Of a stretch of 64,000 bases of DNA, positions 27,678 through 38,427 are shown piece after piece (position 1 is the first letter of the stretch; every line of letters begins with the position of its first letter). The stretch lies in IMG/VR virus record IMGVR_UViG_3300045988_078288. One strand, written 5' to 3'. The notes below the pieces were generated by a model, which was not told the origin of the DNA, did no database searches, and saw only the letters and a list, made by a program, of their open reading frames with translations. Both the position numbers and the translations under genes were made by a program. This stretch comes from a virus.

Positions 27678-28106
27678 TTATTTTATAATGTGAGGAAGCG
27701 GGCATCCGAACGCCGAAATGTCGGCACGTTTCACGCCATGAGAGGTTATTCTAAACGACGATTTCTTCTTTAACATCGAACCTGGCTCAAGCTCCGCATA
27801 GATTGCGTTGGCTTCCGCCTTGAGTTCCGCACGGTCACGCTCCGACATTTCAAAACCGCCTTCCGTATGACTCCATCCGTTATCGGAGTCGGAAGTGTTG
27901 TTCATCTTACTCGGGCCGAGAACAAGCCATTTTAGAATATCGGCATAGGCAAGGCGAACGTCATCACGGTTAGCGTCAGCATACGCCATGCTCCCGTCCA
28001 ACGCCCTTTCAATGAGGATTGTATGCACTGTGTCGTCGGGTATATTGAAACGCACCTTGCTGAACAGAGCATCCTCCAATGTATATATATTATTGCCTTT
28101 CTTCAT
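27678..28106 (-). CDS. Head-tail connector protein (by position)
   Basis: 142-aa ORF directly downstream of the capsid gene. Confidence 0.45.
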   Translation of the reverse strand: MKKGNNIYTLEDALFSKVRFNIPDDTVHTILIERALDGSMAYADANRDDVRLAYADILKWLVLGPSKMNNTSDSDNGWSHTEGGFEMSERDRAELKAEANAIYAELEPGSMLKKKSSFRITSHGVKRADISAFGCPLPHIIK

Positions 28107-28200
28107 GCGCTAATTCGATTCGAGTTAAATCAGAGATTGTTTACGCTATCCGTCCAAATGCAGCCGATTGCAGCTACAGGAGGACGGATAGCTTTTGTGT

Positions 28201-29391
28201 CTAGGCAGCTACGCCTTCGCCCTTCTTGGTGATGTCGATAATCCAACGGTACGGGAAGTCGAGCATCGCCGGTACTGCGGCAAACATGAGGTCGGTATGC
28301 CACTCCATGTAGTCGCCGTTGGCGATTGTAGAGTTGCAGAGCAGGCCGAGACCCTTGTTTGTCTGCGCGAACACCTTCTGAACGATATTGTTTCCGTACT
28401 TCTCGAACATCGGCTTGTCAGCAACCTGCTTGCGCTCGTACTCGAAAGCATTACCGGCAGGACGGAGAACAACGATGTTGTCATCCCAGCCCTTAACCTT
28501 GACAACCGAGCCGTCGAACTTGAGGTTGCGCTCCTCCTCGTCAATAATCTCGATGCGTGAGATACCCTGGATGTCGGCGAACGCCTTGAGGAACATCTCT
28601 GTGTTCACGCCGTAATCCTCAACATAAGCAACGTAGTGGGCCTTGCACCAGTTGATGTACAGCTCCTTAATCTGCTTGTTGCCAAGGAAGGTGTTGTAGA
28701 AGGTGTCGTAGGTCATCTGCCATACGAGGGCAAGGCGGTTCTGACCGAACTCCTTGCGCCACTCGCTCTCAATCTTGCGCATCTGTTCGAGGATGTTGCA
28801 GTCAACGTTAGCCCATTCGAGCTTGCCGCACTTTCTGAAATTCTCCTTTGGAATTGGCACCTTGTGAAGCGGAATCTGAATACCGCGGGCGATGCCTGTA
28901 TAGTCAAGTTCGCCGGTTGTAGCCAGCTTTGCCACCATGTAGTTCATGGTCATGTCGAGAGAGTCCATCAACTCCTGGGTGTCATTGCGCCACTGCTTTA
29001 CGAGGTCACTGTCGTTACCAAACTCCTCAAACTGCTTCTCGCGGTAGTTGCGCTCCTCTGCGGTTTCCTTGAAGCCGTCGGTAATGAAGTCGGGAATAGT
29101 GGCAGAATAAACTGCCAATGCGCCCTTGTCCTTCTGGAACGAACCTGCGAGCGGAGCACGGAGGTTGGCGAGCGTTGCAGCGTGCAAAGCGGATGCCTCC
29201 ACTGAGAATGTAGCCACGCCCTTATGGTTGGTAGGCGTGAGGTCGGGCGCGATAGTACCCTGTGTGAGATACCAGCCGTAGTTTACATGGAAGATGTCCT
29301 TCTTGTCGATAAACTTCTGCAAGTATCTTGTATTCTCTGGGTCGCTGAAGAAACGCGCCTTTCGGGAATTATTAAAATCAAACTTTGGCAT
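28201..29391 (-). CDS. Major capsid protein
   Basis: 396 aa. Follows the scaffold and a 256-aa head protein in a lambda-like scaffold-decoration-capsid order. Confidence 0.7.
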   Translation of the reverse strand: MPKFDFNNSRKARFFSDPENTRYLQKFIDKKDIFHVNYGWYLTQGTIAPDLTPTNHKGVATFSVEASALHAATLANLRAPLAGSFQKDKGALAVYSATIPDFITDGFKETAEERNYREKQFEEFGNDSDLVKQWRNDTQELMDSLDMTMNYMVAKLATTGELDYTGIARGIQIPLHKVPIPKENFRKCGKLEWANVDCNILEQMRKIESEWRKEFGQNRLALVWQMTYDTFYNTFLGNKQIKELYINWCKAHYVAYVEDYGVNTEMFLKAFADIQGISRIEIIDEEERNLKFDGSVVKVKGWDDNIVVLRPAGNAFEYERKQVADKPMFEKYGNNIVQKVFAQTNKGLGLLCNSTIANGDYMEWHTDLMFAAVPAMLDFPYRWIIDITKKGEGVAA

Positions 29392-29424
29392 ATCTTTTCG
29401 TTTTTGTGTTGTATGTTTTTCCGA

Positions 29425-30195
29425 TTAGTTCTCTGCGTACCACCACTCTGCGTAGCGGCTCTTGTTCATCGCCTCTACAGCTGGCGGAATTGGGCTCATG
29501 CGTGACTTCCACATAACCACGTCAGTTCCGAGCAGACAGAAGTCATTGAGGTAGCGCGGAGCATAGAACTTGTCACTGCCAGCCAATGCGTGGAACGGCA
29601 TGTCAACGTCGCATGGAGCAAAGCAGTTCGGGTTAGTAACCATAGCGGAAACAGTTGCGCCTGCCTTTTCCGCCTCCACGAGAACCGTACCGACGGTAAG
29701 GGAGCCGAGAGTTTCTGCGAGTGTAACCTTCCAAACATCCTTGCCGTCATGCACGTCATTTTCAACCGCAGTAACGAGCACACCCTTACCCTTTGTCTTG
29801 AAGTCCTTCGGGCCAACCATGAGATTGTCACCCACAAACGGAATGTGGTGATAGCCGTCGCGTGTGATGTAGATGGCTGTATCCGTAGCAGCAGTGGTAG
29901 CCTTAGCCACCTCATAGCTCTTGAGCACCTTGATTGTGCCGCCGCTGTTGTCCGCAAAACCGAGGCTGTGCTCGATGAGGTCGCCGGCATAAATCTTGGC
30001 TGGGCCAGGGAACGGGTTTTTCAGGACACCGCCAATCGGAGGGCGACGGAACGCTTCCTTAACGGCGCCAGGCAGGTCAACAAACACATGACGCTGACCG
30101 CCGATAGTCATTTCTGACTGCAAGATTACAGCGCCAGTAGCATTGACTGCACCCTGCGCCATCATCTGTCCGTAGTAATCCTTGTTGTTATCCAT
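29425..30195 (-). CDS. Capsid-associated protein (decoration-like, by position)
   Basis: 256-aa Gly/Val/Ala-rich ORF between the scaffold and major capsid genes. Confidence 0.4.
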   Translation of the reverse strand: MDNNKDYYGQMMAQGAVNATGAVILQSEMTIGGQRHVFVDLPGAVKEAFRRPPIGGVLKNPFPGPAKIYAGDLIEHSLGFADNSGGTIKVLKSYEVAKATTAATDTAIYITRDGYHHIPFVGDNLMVGPKDFKTKGKGVLVTAVENDVHDGKDVWKVTLAETLGSLTVGTVLVEAEKAGATVSAMVTNPNCFAPCDVDMPFHALAGSDKFYAPRYLNDFCLLGTDVVMWKSRMSPIPPAVEAMNKSRYAEWWYAEN

Positions 30196-30222
30196 AACTT
30201 TTTACCTTAAAAATTAAAATGT

Positions 30223-30888
30223 TTACTTTTCTTTCGGTTCGATGATGTCATCCCACTCGTCGTCACGGATTGTCTTGCCGCCGCCAGAAGAAGAGCCGCT
30301 GCCCTTGTGCGGTATAGCAGTGTTGCCTGTAGCACGCTTGAAGTCGGTAGTGTAAATACCCTCTGCCTTTGAAACCAGGTCGATTACATCGGCATCATGG
30401 TCGGGAATTTCAAGTTTGGAGATTGCAGTGTCAAGAAAGAAATCGTTAAGTTCGAGCTTTGCCTTGTCAAACTTATCCTTCAAGCCCTTTCTGACCGCTT
30501 CGATTGTAGCGGCTCTTGATGCCTTCTTGTCGCGCTCCTCATTTGCCTTTTCGAGGGCTTCGAGCTTTGCGAGCAGCTTGTCGTACTTGTCGTCGGGCTT
30601 GTCCTCCTCGCTCTTCTTTCCATTGCGCTCCTCCTCTTCCTTCTTCTTGCGTTCGGCTTCCTCTCTGCTTTTCTTAATCTCGTCAGAGACATTCTTGTGC
30701 AGATTGCCGTCCATGCGCTTGAGTCGGTTTGCTACCTTGGTAACTGTCTTGGCGTTCGCAGCCTCGTCGTCACCAAATTCATCCAGTACGTCATTAAGTT
30801 CTTCGTTAATGGTTTTCTGGCTAAGTGCTTTGAACTTGGTGGTATCAACCTCCTTGTTCACCAATGAAAGCAGTTCTTCTACTGTCAT
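30223..30888 (-). CDS. Scaffolding protein
   Basis: 221 aa, highly charged and helical (KKKEEEERNGKKSEEDK...). First gene of the head operon, divergent from the terminase. Confidence 0.65.
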   Translation of the reverse strand: MTVEELLSLVNKEVDTTKFKALSQKTINEELNDVLDEFGDDEAANAKTVTKVANRLKRMDGNLHKNVSDEIKKSREEAERKKKEEEERNGKKSEEDKPDDKYDKLLAKLEALEKANEERDKKASRAATIEAVRKGLKDKFDKAKLELNDFFLDTAISKLEIPDHDADVIDLVSKAEGIYTTDFKRATGNTAIPHKGSGSSSGGGKTIRDDEWDDIIEPKEK

Positions 30889-31000
30889 ATATAAAAGTTT
30901 TAGTGTTGGTTTCCGGTAGTTCTTCTACCATTAATGTATAAATATACGTTTTTCTTTCGCAAAAATATGAATAAATATACAATTAACCAAATATTTTCGA

Positions 31001-31008
31001 TATATTTG
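31001..31008 (+). promoter_or_regulatory. Candidate Bacteroides-type -7 box (TATATTTG) upstream of the terminase
   Basis: TAnnTTTG lies 21 nt before the ATG at 31029. No clear -33 TTTG. An ATTAACCAA copy is at 30982-30990. Confidence 0.3.
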
Positions 31009-31028
31009 CATAAATATTTTGTATATAT

Positions 31029-32666
31029 ATGCAGAAAAGTTGTTTTTCAGGGTTGAAATTGGATAACGGAGAGCCTATTTACACTCAAGAGTACATTCAA
31101 TCACTAAGAGATAAAGACAAGAAGCATCCCGACAGGTTGAAGATTATCGCTCAACGTGGCGGACAGGAGCGTATGCTTGCCATTGATGCTGATATTAAGA
31201 TAGTCGGAGGCTCGCGAGGAGGTAGTAAGAGTTTTAGTTCTCTCATGGAGGTGTTGAAAGACATCAAGAACCCTGAGTTCCATGCAACAATCCTGCGTAA
31301 CGAGAAGGATGACCTTCAATCGCTTGTAACGGACTCGTACAAGCTCTTCTCGCAGTTCGGCACATACAACAAGTCGCAGAATGATATGACGTGGAACTTC
31401 ACCAACGGAGGCTGGCTAAAATTCTCATACTACGCAGGCTCGTACCAGGACTTCAAGACCCGCTTCCAGGGCCGTCAGTTCGCATACGTGTGCATCGACG
31501 AGGGAACCCAGTGTCCGTACAAGAAGTTCAAGTATCTGCTTACCAACAACCGTAACGCCTCGCAAATCCGCAACCGCTTCTGGATAACGTGCAACCCTGA
31601 TCCTGAGTCGTGGGTGCGCAAATTCATAGACTGGTGGGTAGACGAGGATGGATACATTATCCCCGAGCGTGACGGAGTCATACGCTACTGCTTCATGGAC
31701 GGAGATACTCCCGACTCAATCTATTGGGGAGATACGCGAGAGGAGGTTTACGAACAATGCGGAGGTATCATAGATAAGCTGTGGAAAGAAAGCTATGCCG
31801 AACTCGGATATACCAAGCTCGAAATGTTCATCAAATCCGCCACATTCATTCGTGCCGACGTATCGGAAAACATCAAACTTATCTCTACCGACGCATCATA
31901 TCTCGCCAACCTTGCACAACAGGACGAGGAGCAACGTATGCGCGACCTCGAAGCCAACTGGAACTGGAAGTCCGCAGGCGACGACATGATAAAGATGGCA
32001 GACCTCGAAGAAATATTCGACAATGCCGTACAGGTCGGAGATGGAGTGCGGCGTGCATCCGCCGACATTGCCTTCACCGGCGGCGACAACTTTGTGATGT
32101 GGCTGTGGGAGGGATGGCACTGCAAAGACCTTGTAGTAATGCGACTCGACTCTCAAACGCTCGTGTCTGCGGTGCAGGCGAAGCTGCGTGAATGGGGAGT
32201 GGAGGAGTGCAACTTCACTTACGACTTGCAGGGTATCGGTCAGTATTTCAAAGGTTTCTTTGCCGATGCCGTACCGTTCAACAACCAGGCAGCACCTGTC
32301 GCTATGACACACCAGGAAGAAAAGGGCATCAAGTTCCTGTACAAAGACCTTAAATCACAATGCGCCTTCCTGTTCTACAAGATGATAAAGGAAAAACAAA
32401 TCTCGATAGAGTCTTCGCTGCTTGAGCGCAAGTATTCGGGAGACGGATTTGACAAGGTGCCGCTGCGTCAGATTTTACAGAAGGAGAGAAAGATGCTGCG
32501 CCGCGACGACAACAGCGACGACAGAGGCTTCAAGCTACTGCCTAAGAAGATGGCTAAACGGTACGTAGGGCACTCGCCCGACTTCTTCGAGTCATGGCTA
32601 TATATAATGATTTTCAGCTTAACTAAAAAGAAACACAAAAAGATAAAAGGACTATGGATGCTTTGA
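31029..32666 (+). CDS. terL: Terminase large subunit
   Basis: Walker A GGSRGGSKS, Walker B VCIDEGTQ, and a C-terminal nuclease-like half. 545 aa, followed by the portal gene. Confidence 0.9.
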   Translation: MQKSCFSGLKLDNGEPIYTQEYIQSLRDKDKKHPDRLKIIAQRGGQERMLAIDADIKIVGGSRGGSKSFSSLMEVLKDIKNPEFHATILRNEKDDLQSLVTDSYKLFSQFGTYNKSQNDMTWNFTNGGWLKFSYYAGSYQDFKTRFQGRQFAYVCIDEGTQCPYKKFKYLLTNNRNASQIRNRFWITCNPDPESWVRKFIDWWVDEDGYIIPERDGVIRYCFMDGDTPDSIYWGDTREEVYEQCGGIIDKLWKESYAELGYTKLEMFIKSATFIRADVSENIKLISTDASYLANLAQQDEEQRMRDLEANWNWKSAGDDMIKMADLEEIFDNAVQVGDGVRRASADIAFTGGDNFVMWLWEGWHCKDLVVMRLDSQTLVSAVQAKLREWGVEECNFTYDLQGIGQYFKGFFADAVPFNNQAAPVAMTHQEEKGIKFLYKDLKSQCAFLFYKMIKEKQISIESSLLERKYSGDGFDKVPLRQILQKERKMLRRDDNSDDRGFKLLPKKMAKRYVGHSPDFFESWLYIMIFSLTKKKHKKIKGLWML

Positions 32667-34363
32667 ACAATGTAAAGGACGTGCGGGAACTGCTCGTCCG
32701 AAAGCCGTTTTACGAAGTAACCCCGAAGGGTTATATGAAACACGGAATTATAGACCGTGAGTTTTCCGAGAACGAAGACCCTTGTATGCCTGCGGATGTG
32801 CTGTACCGCAACATCAAAACACAGCAGGACTTCTTGCGCGAGTTCTATCCGTCAGGACACAGGATTTGCGACCCGCAGCAATATCCCGACATCTGGAAGA
32901 AGAACCCGGAAACGGGACTTTGGTGCGTGCAGAAAATTCAGCGCACCGCGTTTGCCTTTCAGCAGGTTATTTACACCAAGCACGTTCTTCATGTGACTGG
33001 CAACGATATTCAGTTCGAGCTTGCGGAGGGAACCGAAGAAGGTAGCGAAGAGAAACTACAAGAGCTGCTCACGAAATACAAGAAGGGCTGGCTCATGCAC
33101 GATATGGAGATACGCTTCTTCGAGGCGGTATCTGCATACATGAAGGTTGCAGACTGTGCCATTGTAGGCTATTTCGACGGCGACGGCAAATTCGGAACGA
33201 GAACACTCTCGTTCGACCGTGGCGACACGCTGTTTCCGAGATACGACCCGCTTACCGGCGAACTGATTGCGTTTGCACGCAAGTATGTGGACTATGACGA
33301 GGAAGGAGAGGAGCGCATCGAGTGGGTTGAAGCATGGGACAAGGAAAAGTTCTACCGCTTCAAGAAAGACCTGTCGGGAGGCACTGCGAGAAATGCCTTT
33401 AGAAAGGTCGCGTCTATCTTCGGTGCGTCCGAATATGCCTGCGTCGAAGAGAAACGACACGGCTTCCCGTTCATACCTGTGTCATACGCCCGCAACGAGG
33501 ACGGCCCTTGCTGGTCTGCCGTACAGCGCAATATCGAGGATTATGAGGAGGCGTTCTCGTATCTCTGCGAGAACAACAAGGCGTACGCCTTCCCGATACT
33601 CACGCTTACCGGCGAGGGGGATGAGATAGAGATAAAGGGCGATACGAACGGCGCTGCTAAGACGATTATGATTACCGACACGGACGGCAAGGCGGAGTTC
33701 CTCAATGGCACGGACGCGTCAAACGCCTTCGCTACACAGCTCAACAAGTCTTATGACCTCATCTACGAGCTTTCGTTTACCGTGAAGCCGCCCGAACTCA
33801 AATCGGGAGACCTGCCGGGCGTTGCAATCAAGCTGCTGTATTCTCCAGCCCTCGAAGCTGCCATGAATGACGCACAGAGATTGCAGCCGTTCCTCGACCA
33901 GTTGGTGCGTATAACTAAGTTTGGCATCGGAACGGAGAACAACTGTATGGCCTCAATGGTTGCACTGCCGGTCAATGCGTGGATTGAGAGCTATATCCAT
34001 CAGAACGACACTGAGCTTATCACTAACCTGGCCACTGCGGTTCAGAACAAATTCCTCTCGAAGCAGACTGCTTCTGAGCGCAATTCCAAGTTCTCGAAGA
34101 ACGACGAGTTTACTCGTATCATGCGCGAGCAGAAAGAGGAAGACCAGCAGGACTTGCTCATCGACATCCAACGCCAGGAGGCGCAGGTCGAGAACAACAT
34201 CGAGCAGGAGGAAGCACTTGCAAAAATTAACAATCAGCAGCCTGGCGACGACATCAACACAGGTCGCGGCAAAAAAGGCAGACCGAAGAGGTCTGACAAG
34301 GCATGGGACGAGAACGGCAATTATCCTGGACGCAATAACTGGGATAAGAATCTAAGAAAGTAA
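32654..34363 (+). CDS. Portal protein
   Basis: 569-aa ORF directly after and overlapping terL, with an acidic/basic C-terminal tail. SPP1 gp6-like size and position. Confidence 0.8.
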   Translation: MDALNNVKDVRELLVRKPFYEVTPKGYMKHGIIDREFSENEDPCMPADVLYRNIKTQQDFLREFYPSGHRICDPQQYPDIWKKNPETGLWCVQKIQRTAFAFQQVIYTKHVLHVTGNDIQFELAEGTEEGSEEKLQELLTKYKKGWLMHDMEIRFFEAVSAYMKVADCAIVGYFDGDGKFGTRTLSFDRGDTLFPRYDPLTGELIAFARKYVDYDEEGEERIEWVEAWDKEKFYRFKKDLSGGTARNAFRKVASIFGASEYACVEEKRHGFPFIPVSYARNEDGPCWSAVQRNIEDYEEAFSYLCENNKAYAFPILTLTGEGDEIEIKGDTNGAAKTIMITDTDGKAEFLNGTDASNAFATQLNKSYDLIYELSFTVKPPELKSGDLPGVAIKLLYSPALEAAMNDAQRLQPFLDQLVRITKFGIGTENNCMASMVALPVNAWIESYIHQNDTELITNLATAVQNKFLSKQTASERNSKFSKNDEFTRIMREQKEEDQQDLLIDIQRQEAQVENNIEQEEALAKINNQQPGDDINTGRGKKGRPKRSDKAWDENGNYPGRNNWDKNLRK

Positions 34364-34366
34364 TTC

Positions 34367-35125
34367 ATGGAGTCACAGGAATACGCACTTAATAGAACCA
34401 AAGCGCAGATAGCCTGCGAGTCGCGCGTACAGAAGCGACTGTTTAAAGTTGCCCGTGAGATAGCGTCGCTCGCTTCCAAATATAGGAGGGGAGCGACACT
34501 GACAAACGAGAATGGGTTTATTGCGGCCTCACAGCGCATTGCGTTAGGCGTTGCTGACGGAATAGAAAGTGACATCGCCGTCTGCGCAAAGACCGCGTGC
34601 TCGATATTGAATATCGGCACGGAGAGCACGGAAGCCTTTCTTGTGTCAAAGGTGTTCGGCAGGACATCAATGGAGCGAACCACCAGTTATCTGAAAAACT
34701 TTGCGGAGGACATGGTGCGTATGTGCAAGGCGGGCGTATTGATGAAATACACCGACTCGCAGCTTCTGTCCGCGATACGTACTGGATATAAAGATCCGTA
34801 CACCACATCCGTAATCACGAAGGCAAGAAAGGAGGATATAAACATCGCCACGCCTTCATACGGCAAGGGCATATTTCATTCGGCGTATCAGAACATCGTC
34901 CGCAACGCGCGGCAAATGGTCGCCGTCGCATGGGGCAGAGCCGAACAGCAGTACGGCAAGGAGCACGGGGCGATAGGCTACTACATCTTTCGAGGAAGTT
35001 CGTATCCATGCGCGCACTGCGATGATGAGACGACGTATCTGCACCACTTCGGAGATCCGTTTCCACCGCTGCACTACCGGTGCTTTTGCTATGTTAAATT
35101 TGTTTACGAAAAAGAGGAGGAGTAA
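34367..35125 (+). CDS. Minor head protein, SPP1 gp7 / Mu F-like
   Basis: C-terminal ...CAHCDDETTYLHHFGDPFPPLHYRCFCYV matches the PPxHxxCRC signature of gp7/MuF head morphogenesis proteins. Confidence 0.75.
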   Translation: MESQEYALNRTKAQIACESRVQKRLFKVAREIASLASKYRRGATLTNENGFIAASQRIALGVADGIESDIAVCAKTACSILNIGTESTEAFLVSKVFGRTSMERTTSYLKNFAEDMVRMCKAGVLMKYTDSQLLSAIRTGYKDPYTTSVITKARKEDINIATPSYGKGIFHSAYQNIVRNARQMVAVAWGRAEQQYGKEHGAIGYYIFRGSSYPCAHCDDETTYLHHFGDPFPPLHYRCFCYVKFVYEKEEE

Positions 35126-35127
35126 TT

Positions 35128-35637
35128 ATGTCAGAATACACATTATCAGCCTATATGTACAAGTTGAAAAAGCAGTACAACATGGCGGATATTTCATATC
35201 TTATATATGCCGACCTGCGTGCGGCAGGTTGGGGTAAAGGCGACGCTTGGAATGTAGCTTTCCAAGGCCAGGGCCTAAACTGGGCCAAAGCTGAACTGCT
35301 TCGCGAGATTGAGAAGCTCGAAGCACTCGACTCAGTTCAGGCGCGCATTGCGGATGTACAGGGCACAAACTCGCCGAAGAACGACGAGATAACCGCGGAG
35401 GAACTTGCAAAGGAGACTTCAAAGGAATCCATCCTGCGCAAGCTGGTAGCTGCTGAAAAGAAAGCCAAGAAAGGCTCTCCTGACTGGCTGAAGATTGTGT
35501 CGCTTGAGGCGGACTATAACAAAATCAAGCAGGATGAGATAGATGTGGAGAACAATACGATTCACTTCCATTTACCAGTCAACTATCCAACTTCGTGTAA
35601 AAATTGCCTTCTTTATAAAAACAAGAAAGATAAATAA
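35128..35637 (+). CDS. Hypothetical protein
   Basis: 169-aa ORF, last gene of the + packaging block. GAGGAGGAG lies upstream of the ATG. Confidence 0.55.
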   Translation: MSEYTLSAYMYKLKKQYNMADISYLIYADLRAAGWGKGDAWNVAFQGQGLNWAKAELLREIEKLEALDSVQARIADVQGTNSPKNDEITAEELAKETSKESILRKLVAAEKKAKKGSPDWLKIVSLEADYNKIKQDEIDVENNTIHFHLPVNYPTSCKNCLLYKNKKDK

Positions 35638-35640
35638 ATA

Positions 35641-35685
35641 CAGAAATAGCCTCGCAGTAATTTCTTTGCTGCAAGGCTATTTCTG
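35641..35685. terminator. Bidirectional terminator hairpin between convergent blocks
   Basis: CAGAAATAGCCTCGCAG ... CTGCAAGGCTATTTCTG forms a 17-bp stem with one mismatch. Confidence 0.7.
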
Positions 35686-35688
35686 TTT

Positions 35689-35877
35689 CTACTTGTACTT
35701 CTTGCCGGCAACCTTTTCAAGCGTTGCCACAAACGTTTCTTCAATCAAACTGTCATTGAAGGTCGGCAGAAAAACCTCTTCTGGAAGTGCCTTTCTTTCT
35801 GCCGTCTCCATGATGATACGCAGGCCCATTTCGAGAGCATACTTATCTTCGATGATTTTAATGATACACTCTTCCAT
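35689..35877 (-). CDS. Small hypothetical protein
   Basis: 62-aa ORF between the primase-helicase stop and the terminator. Confidence 0.45.
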   Translation of the reverse strand: MEECIIKIIEDKYALEMGLRIIMETAERKALPEEVFLPTFNDSLIEETFVATLEKVAGKKYK

Positions 35878-35889
35878 AACTATCTCTGT

Positions 35890-37458
35890 TTACTCTTCTT
35901 TCTTTGCAGGCAGGTCGTCCTTGATAAAGCTGTATTCCTGCGTCTCTTCCGCGCTCTTCATGTTGGATATGAGGAAGTGCTCCGCAAGGTCTGCTTCCGT
36001 GATGCCGTATGTCTCGTAGATAACTCCGCTTGGCGTGCGCTTCTTGTAGAACTTGCAGGAGTTCCACATCACTCTGCCAAACTTCTGCTGTGATGGTATC
36101 TCCTTTTCCTCAAGATTGTTATCCTCACAGAACTGTCTGAAGCTGTCATACAGCGTCTTAGCGTTTATCCAAACTGGTATCTCGCCCTTCGTTCCCTTGT
36201 CACAGCGTATCTCATACGCCTTTAGCCATGCCAGCACGGGCTGTGTGCCGAGATATGAAAGAATGAGCTGCTTGCGCGAACCTTCCGCAGACGGAAACTG
36301 AAACTTACGCTCTCTCAACATACGCTCGCCTTTAAGAACCCAGTTGAACACACCTGAAAGCTCCTCCTTGATAATCTCCGCCGCAAGACGCGGATTCTGC
36401 TTCTCCTTGGGGATTGTAACGTCGAAGCTGACATACTGCAAGCGTCTGATAAAGCCGAGCGTGACATCCTCGGGGAACGGAAGCTCGTTGAGATTGAAGA
36501 TGAGGTATGGAAGGCTCTTTGACTCCAGTACGTTCTCGCCCAGCTTTCTGTACGGTACGGGCTCTCCGCTCACAAGCCTCTTGAACATACCAGTATTCTT
36601 GCGTCCGAACTTCTTCGGGTCGGAGTCGGAAGACCAGTTGAAGATGGCGTTACGGATAGGGTAGCGCCCTCTCATGCCCTCGTCACCGTCAGCGGTAAGT
36701 TCCGCATAGTCCATTTTTGATATGCGGTCTTTGCCGAACAGGGCGCACATAACCTCAAATATCACACTCTTTCCGTTTGCTCCGCTACCGATAAGCATAA
36801 GGCACAGCTCTATTTTGTCGGACATTTTACCTTCATACGGATTGTATGCGTCACCGCGCTGCACCAAGCCGAGACCCATGAACATCTGCAAGATGTCACG
36901 CGAGTCCTTGTCTGGCAGCACATCAAGCAGAAATCTCTCCCATTTCTTGCACTTCGCTTTCGGATCGAAGTTGTACGGATGATAGTAAGTCACATGATAA
37001 TGCGGAGAGAACGGCATCGCCGTAGGAGCCACACGCGCAAGGCCGAAGTCAACGACACCGTTGGCGAAAGCCACAACATCGAACTGCGGAACAAGCACGT
37101 TGTAGTTCTTGATGGTGTCGATGAACGACTCCTTTCTGATTGTGGAACGACCGAGCACGGGTGCTATGAACAAGTCCTCCATAAGCAACTGGTAAGCCTG
37201 CTCCACAACAATCGGCTCCACCACCTCGTATATTTTTCCGTTGAACGTATAGAACGCTCCTGCAAAATATTTTACAGGGCAGTCCTTGGCAAGTTCCCTG
37301 ATACTCTTGCAAAAGCCCACCAGGAGCCTGTTCCAGCTCTCGCTGTTCACCTTGCCCCAGTCGGTTCTGTACATACCGAAGCCGTACTTCGCGTCTGCAC
37401 TCAACGCCTTCAACTGCCCGTACAGCGAATCTATCGCCTCACCACTACTTCTTTTCAT
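35890..37458 (-). CDS. DNA primase/helicase, D5/P4-family (SF3 NTPase)
   Basis: Walker A LIGSGANGKS with flanking D5_N-like and P4 C-terminal primase-family features. 522 aa. Confidence 0.8.
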   Translation of the reverse strand: MKRSSGEAIDSLYGQLKALSADAKYGFGMYRTDWGKVNSESWNRLLVGFCKSIRELAKDCPVKYFAGAFYTFNGKIYEVVEPIVVEQAYQLLMEDLFIAPVLGRSTIRKESFIDTIKNYNVLVPQFDVVAFANGVVDFGLARVAPTAMPFSPHYHVTYYHPYNFDPKAKCKKWERFLLDVLPDKDSRDILQMFMGLGLVQRGDAYNPYEGKMSDKIELCLMLIGSGANGKSVIFEVMCALFGKDRISKMDYAELTADGDEGMRGRYPIRNAIFNWSSDSDPKKFGRKNTGMFKRLVSGEPVPYRKLGENVLESKSLPYLIFNLNELPFPEDVTLGFIRRLQYVSFDVTIPKEKQNPRLAAEIIKEELSGVFNWVLKGERMLRERKFQFPSAEGSRKQLILSYLGTQPVLAWLKAYEIRCDKGTKGEIPVWINAKTLYDSFRQFCEDNNLEEKEIPSQQKFGRVMWNSCKFYKKRTPSGVIYETYGITEADLAEHFLISNMKSAEETQEYSFIKDDLPAKKEE

Positions 37459-37973
37459 TCTTCCTTCTCCTTGTGTTTTTCTCTAATTGTGACATCACCT
37501 CGCGTCTTTCTGACCCTGCCGCCGTGCAGATAGACGAAAGCCTTTGCACCCTCTTCGCAATACACTTCCACCTCCGCATTGTCGTACATGTTGATAAACG
37601 CTCTCGCAAGGCCGTTTACAAATACAGTCGCCTCGCAGTCATGCCTTACATATATGTCGCCGCAGCTCTTGCCGGAGTAGGTCAGTCCTGCGACGCACTC
37701 TCCGTTTAATATCACCGTCGGCTTGTCGTCCGCAAGCACGTTCTCGTCCACGTACACGCCGTGGTCGTGAATGACATCTCCGAACTCCTTCCGTATCACT
37801 TCGCATGACGGAAAGTTGTGTTCTATGCAGAAGTCAATGCCTCTGACAAACTTCTCGACAAGCTCGTCTTTCGACGTGCCGTCGGCCCATTCGTCAGTCC
37901 ATTGCTGGCACAGACCCAAGCCGACCGCCTGCGACTTCATCTTAGCCGAAAGCTTCTCTACTTTTCCACCCAT
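37455..37973 (-). CDS. Hypothetical protein
   Basis: 172-aa ORF with an ATGA overlap with the downstream gene. Confidence 0.55.
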   Translation of the reverse strand: MGGKVEKLSAKMKSQAVGLGLCQQWTDEWADGTSKDELVEKFVRGIDFCIEHNFPSCEVIRKEFGDVIHDHGVYVDENVLADDKPTVILNGECVAGLTYSGKSCGDIYVRHDCEATVFVNGLARAFINMYDNAEVEVYCEEGAKAFVYLHGGRVRKTRGDVTIREKHKEKEE

Positions 37974-38389
37974 AGCTGTTCGTTGTCATGCTTTGTGTTT
38001 CGTTCTATATACTCGCTCATGGCTTTCATCTTTGCTGTCTGGTACTCCGCATCACCAACGACGGTAGTATCAACGAACATGCCGGTAAAGATAGCCTCTG
38101 CGTTCTTGCCTTCCATTCCGTGAGTGCGCCAATCGCCTTTCTCGTCACGAACCATGCCAAGCGCGTCGATTGCTTCGAACATCGTCGTGCCGATGCCGAA
38201 CTCCACCTTCCATCCGCCGCCGACCGTTTCGACGCAAATGTACGGAAGCGAGCCTCGTGTCAGATGCTTGCGGACATCCTCACGGATACCTTCCTTGTCG
38301 CGGAGTTCCTTCAACTCCTGCTTGCTCAGACTGCGCGACTTCTTTGTAACTACAAAATTACCGCAATATAACTTCTTTCCAAAATCCAT
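37958..38389 (-). CDS. Hypothetical protein
   Basis: 143-aa ORF in the replication module. Confidence 0.55.
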   Translation of the reverse strand: MDFGKKLYCGNFVVTKKSRSLSKQELKELRDKEGIREDVRKHLTRGSLPYICVETVGGGWKVEFGIGTTMFEAIDALGMVRDEKGDWRTHGMEGKNAEAIFTGMFVDTTVVGDAEYQTAKMKAMSEYIERNTKHDNEQLWVEK

Positions 38390-38427
38390 ATCTATACTTA
38401 TTTAGTTAAACAATGTTTTTATCCTCT

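Noticed and set aside
35128-35637. Small terminase subunit assignment for the 169-aa ORF after the MuF-like gene
   Set aside because: Its position, downstream of portal and MuF rather than upstream of terL, and the absence of a recognisable HTH or oligomerisation signature do not support the assignment. Left as hypothetical.
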